Shown here one piece after another: positions 28,745 to 32,000 of a stretch of DNA of 32,000 nt. The number at the start of each line of letters is the position of its first letter. Position 1 is the stretch's first letter. The DNA comes from Propionibacterium ruminifibrarum (GTDB lineage: Bacteria; Actinomycetota; Actinomycetes; Propionibacteriales; Propionibacteriaceae), in assembly GCF_900289195.1 (NCBI RefSeq), contig NZ_OMOH01000003.1:296697-328696 (forward strand). The letters are read 5' to 3'. Made by a program: the position numbers and the translations under genes. Below the pieces are notes generated by a model. That model did no database searches, had not been told where the DNA came from, and worked only from the letters and a program-made list of their open reading frames with translations.

Positions 28745-31700
28745 ATGCGCCACCTCCGCACGCGCGGGGCAGCCCTTGCTGTCCCGCTCATGATCATCGC
28801 GTCCATCATGTCGGCCCTCCCCTCCGCGGCCGCCGATCCGGCCGCGGACGATGACACCGCCGTCACCACCAGCGCCACGGCGCTCGCCCACGATGGCAGG
28901 ACCGAGGCCACCGCGGCCGCTTCCTGCTGGGAGATCAAGCAGAACGACCCCGGCTCGGCCGACGGCACCTACTGGCTGCAGACGCCAGCCATGGACGCTC
29001 CGGGGCAGTTCTTCTGCGACCAGACCACCGATGGCGGCGGATGGGTCATGATCGGGCGCGGCCGCGAGGGCTGGCAGAGCTACACTCAGGGCTGGGGCGA
29101 CCAGTCCCTGTTGCTGACCCGGGATCGCTCGGGCGCCAACCTCGATGTCGCCCAGCTGCCGGCCGCCACCGTGGACGGCCTGCTGAACAACCAGCCGGTC
29201 GCCAGCCTCGACTCGGGCTACCGCGTCGTGCGCGCCGCGAACGCTCAGGGCACCAAGTGGCAGACCATCGACATCCGCCCCACGCAGACTCAGGGCTGGG
29301 TCTGGCCGTTCAAGACCTACACCACGTACAGAGCTCGCTTCGACAACGGTGGCTGGAACTACGGCACCACCATGGACGAACAGCTGCTGCCCAACTGCTA
29401 CTGGACCGCCTGCGCCAAGTCGATCGACGTGCGGTCGAAGTCGGAGAACGGCTTCAAGGCCGGCTGGGCCTACTCGAAGTTCGCATTCCTGCGCACCGGC
29501 ACCTTCATCACCCAGCCCAAGAGCGGCAGCCAGTACCTGCCCTTCGCCGAGATGTACGTCCGGCCGCAGGTCACCTCGGACGATCCGGGATTCGCCGCCA
29601 TCGCCGACTCCGGCACCGCCGCGATCCCCTCTCGCACCGACAACGCAGCCTCCGAGTACGCCCAGAAGACCAATTGGGGCGTGAGCGGCAACCTCACCGG
29701 CTCGGTCACCGAGGGCAGCATTCAGGTGCAGGCCTTCGCCCAGATCGGCAGCACCATGTTCGTCGGCGGCAACTTCACCGGCGTGCAGCGCGGCTCGAAC
29801 GGGGAGGTGCACGACACGACGGCCCTCGCCGCCTTCGATGCGAACACCGGCGAGTGGAACGGCGCGCTCACCTTCAGCTTCGACAACCAGGTGCACGACC
29901 TGCTGGCCCTGCCGGACGGCAGGCTCCTCGTCGCAGGCGATTTCACCACCGTCAACGGCTCGGCCCATGCGGGCACCGTCGTCATCGACCCGGCCACCGG
30001 AGCGGTCGACGAGTCCTGGGACCTGCAGATCGTCAATCGGCTCTCGAGCGGCACGATGACCGTGAAGACCCTCACCACCGACGGCACCTACGTCTACCTG
30101 GGCGGTGCGTTCACGCACCTGTCCGGCCAGGGCGTCCAGAACTCCTACGGCCGGGCCGCGGCCCGCGTGGACGTGTCCACCGGCAAGCCCGACCGCTCGT
30201 GGAACCCCGAGTTCAACGGCTCGGTGTGGGGCTCCAGCGTCGACACCGACACCGGCAAGTACTTCGCCGGTGGCTACTTCTCGAAGTCGGGAACCACCGA
30301 CGTCAAGTGGGCGGCCTCGATCTTCACGGCCCCCGGCGCCCGGGTCGATGACTCGTTCACCTTCGTCAGCTCGGTCACGGGCTACACCTACACGTACACG
30401 AACCCGAAGAAGTCCTACCAGCAGGCCGTCGACGTCGTGGACGGCAACGTCTACTTCGGCGGCTCCGAGCACAACCTGTTCCGCTACGACATCGCCACCA
30501 TGAACCGCCAGTCCGGCTCGATCACGCTGGCCAACGGCGGCGACATCCAGGCCATCGAGTCGAACAACGGCGTGACCTACGCGTCCTGCCACTGCTCCGA
30601 CTTCGCCTACCAGGATGCCTACAGCTGGGATGAACTGACCAAAGAGGCCTGGACCGAGGCCGATCCGATCCGCTGGGTCGGCGCCTGGGACAGCGCCACC
30701 GGCGAACAACTGAACTGGACCCCCTACAACCTGAGCTCCACCCGCTCCACCGGCGCCTGGGCGCTCAAGGTCACCGACAGCGGCATCCTGTGGGCCGGCG
30801 GCGACTTCAACAACTCGTACACCTCGCCCACCGGCCAGCAGTGGAACGGCGGGTTCGCCCTGTACGGTCCGCGCGACAACACCCCCACCGAGGCGCCCGG
30901 CCTGCTGCGCGTCACCGGCTCGGATGACGACACCGTGACCCTGGCCTGGGGTGCCGTCCCCGACGCCACCGGTTACCAGGTGCTGCTCGACGACCGCACG
31001 ATCGCCACGACGACCGCCACCTCGGTCACCGTTCCCCGTGCCGGCAACCAGCGCTACTTCGTCCGCACCGTTGACGGCAACGGCAACATCAGCGCCTCCT
31101 CGCCGGTCGTCGTCGCCCCGGAATCCGGCGCGGCCGACGACTCCAGCCCTGTTCTGCTCGAGGACGACGCGACATGGTCCTATCTGTCAGCTGACACCGT
31201 CCCCGCCGAGAACTGGACCGGCGCCGACTACGACGACTCGTCCTGGTCCTCCGGTGCGGCCCCCATCGGCTACGGCGACGCCGAACTGAACACGGCGATC
31301 ACCCCGGCGCCGGCGCTGAGCCGCCCGGTCACCACCTACTTCCGCAGCTCGTTCACCGTCGGCGACGTCTCGGCCATCAGCGGCGTGTCCGTCTCCTATG
31401 TCGCCGACGACGGGGCCGTGGTCTACGTCAACGGCACCGAGGTCAGCCGGACCCGCCTCGATGACGGAGCCGTCACGGCGACCACCCGCGCCAATGCGGT
31501 CGTCAAGACGGCGGCGGCCCGGGCCGACCGCACGGTCGTCACGGTGCCCGCCTCGGCGCTCGTAGACGGCGAGAACACCATCGCCGTCGAGACGCACGTG
31601 AACTACCGTTCCAGCGCGTCCATGACGATGCAGGCCATGGTCACTCGCGTCGACCAGGCCGACATGGCCGGCGAGCCCGCACCCGATCCGGCGGCCGAAC

Positions 31701-32000
31701 CCGCTGATCCGGGGGTCGAACCCGCTGGCGGTGAGGCCGCCGACCCCGCGGAGGAACCCGGGGCCGAGCCCGCCGATCCTGAAGCGGAACCCGCCGGTGA
31801 GGCCACGACCCCACCCGAGCCCGTCGACCCCCTCCAGCCCGTCGACGCCACGAACGCCACGGGCGAGGTGATCCCGGCCGGCTCGCAGTGGTCCTACCGC
31901 TACGAGACCACGAAGGCCGAGGACGGCTGGAACGATGACGCCGACCTCGGCGAGTGGAAGACCGGCGCCGGCCCGATCGGCTGGGACAGCAGGAACAGCA
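28745..32000 (+). CDS. Large secreted mosaic protein: signal peptide, fibrinogen-related domain, multi-blade beta-propeller, FN3, and two beta-sandwich modules split by a P/E/A linker (3' end beyond the window)
   Basis: It is missing from the ORF track because it has no stop in the window; I translated it myself. The ATG at 28745 is preceded by GAGGAAG. The signal peptide is MRHLRTRGAALAVPLMIIASIMSALPSAAA. The frame stays open to position 32000, giving at least 1085 codons. The 676-aa minus ORF 28679..30709 is its antisense shadow. Confidence 0.85.
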   Translation, partial: MRHLRTRGAALAVPLMIIASIMSALPSAAADPAADDDTAVTTSATALAHDGRTEATAAASCWEIKQNDPGSADGTYWLQTPAMDAPGQFFCDQTTDGGGWVMIGRGREGWQSYTQGWGDQSLLLTRDRSGANLDVAQLPAATVDGLLNNQPVASLDSGYRVVRAANAQGTKWQTIDIRPTQTQGWVWPFKTYTTYRARFDNGGWNYGTTMDEQLLPNCYWTACAKSIDVRSKSENGFKAGWAYSKFAFLRTGTFITQPKSGSQYLPFAEMYVRPQVTSDDPGFAAIADSGTAAIPSRTDNAASEYAQKTNWGVSGNLTGSVTEGSIQVQAFAQIGSTMFVGGNFTGVQRGSNGEVHDTTALAAFDANTGEWNGALTFSFDNQVHDLLALPDGRLLVAGDFTTVNGSAHAGTVVIDPATGAVDESWDLQIVNRLSSGTMTVKTLTTDGTYVYLGGAFTHLSGQGVQNSYGRAAARVDVSTGKPDRSWNPEFNGSVWGSSVDTDTGKYFAGGYFSKSGTTDVKWAASIFTAPGARVDDSFTFVSSVTGYTYTYTNPKKSYQQAVDVVDGNVYFGGSEHNLFRYDIATMNRQSGSITLANGGDIQAIESNNGVTYASCHCSDFAYQDAYSWDELTKEAWTEADPIRWVGAWDSATGEQLNWTPYNLSSTRSTGAWALKVTDSGILWAGGDFNNSYTSPTGQQWNGGFALYGPRDNTPTEAPGLLRVTGSDDDTVTLAWGAVPDATGYQVLLDDRTIATTTATSVTVPRAGNQRYFVRTVDGNGNISASSPVVVAPESGAADDSSPVLLEDDATWSYLSADTVPAENWTGADYDDSSWSSGAAPIGYGDAELNTAITPAPALSRPVTTYFRSSFTVGDVSAISGVSVSYVADDGAVVYVNGTEVSRTRLDDGAVTATTRANAVVKTAAARADRTVVTVPASALVDGENTIAVETHVNYRSSASMTMQAMVTRVDQADMAGEPAPDPAAEPADPGVEPAGGEAADPAEEPGAEPADPEAEPAGEATTPPEPVDPLQPVDATNATGEVIPAGSQWSYRYETTKAEDGWNDDADLGEWKTGAGPIGWDSRNS
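28925..29570 (+). other. Fibrinogen C-terminal-like (FReD) domain of the secreted protein (approximate bounds)
   Basis: CWEIKQNDPGSADGTYWLQTPAMDAPGQFFCDQTTDGGGWVMIGRGREGWQSYTQGWGD follows the eukaryotic FReD pattern C.EI…G.Y.I.P…F.V.CDM.TDGGGWTV.QRR.DGS…W..Y. A later Cys pair (NCYWTAC) is also present. Confidence 0.7.
31668..31848 (+). repeat. Low-complexity imperfect tandem repeat encoding a P/E/A/D linker
   Basis: GAACCCGC(T/C)G-type units recur. The translation is GEPAPDPAAEPADPGVEPAGGEAADPAEEPGAEPADPEAEPAGEATTPPEPVDPLQPVD. Confidence 0.6.

Noticed and set aside
28679-30709. 676-aa minus-strand ORF
   Set aside because: It is an antisense shadow of the fibrinogen-like protein gene, G/V/A/R/D-rich and without motifs. 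The same reasoning applies to 21081..22103 (minus), 27393..28556 (minus), 23451..24269 (minus) and 6004..7044 (+).

Overview
High-GC (about 70%) actinobacterial chromosome, probably a Propionibacteriaceae member. That inference rests on MutA/MutB reading very much like the classical Propionibacterium methylmalonyl-CoA mutase as I remember it.

Gene order, left to right:
- cobN (minus strand, truncated by the left window edge and absent from the ORF track)
- a divergent yhhQ-type queuosine-precursor transporter
- a minus-strand four-gene FecCD/BtuCD-type ABC uptake operon (binding protein, permease, ATPase, unknown lipoprotein)
- a 913-bp intergenic region holding an AT-rich operator island and a clear cobalamin riboswitch on the + strand
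- mutA-mutB-meaB
- a nucleoside hydrolase (minus strand)
- purA, purD and purB
- a DUF2207-like membrane protein (minus strand)
- a Wzx/Wzy-type surface-glycopolymer locus: TagD-like cytidylyltransferase, CDP-alcohol phosphatidyltransferase, two GT2 enzymes, a Wzz-like protein, a Wzy-like protein, a small anchored protein and Wzx
- the first 1085 or more codons of a large secreted mosaic protein that opens with a fibrinogen-related (FCDxxxxGGGW) domain; it runs off the right edge and is also absent from the ORF track

I saw no tRNA, rRNA, CRISPR array, transposase or recognisable defence system. Most long ORFs in the track on the opposite strand of these genes are GC-rich antisense shadows.

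Most interesting observations:
1. A B12 riboswitch aimed at the B12-dependent mutase operon across a roughly 300-nt spacer.
2. The bacterial fibrinogen-like / beta-propeller / FN3 / beta-sandwich protein next to the glycopolymer locus.
3. A CDP-alcohol-based glycopolymer locus with no initiating phosphoglycosyltransferase in the window and a Pho-box-like TTCACA-N5-TTCACA site upstream.
4. An uncharacterised lipoprotein translationally coupled to the ABC importer.

All calls come from reading the sequence and translations by eye. No searches were run.
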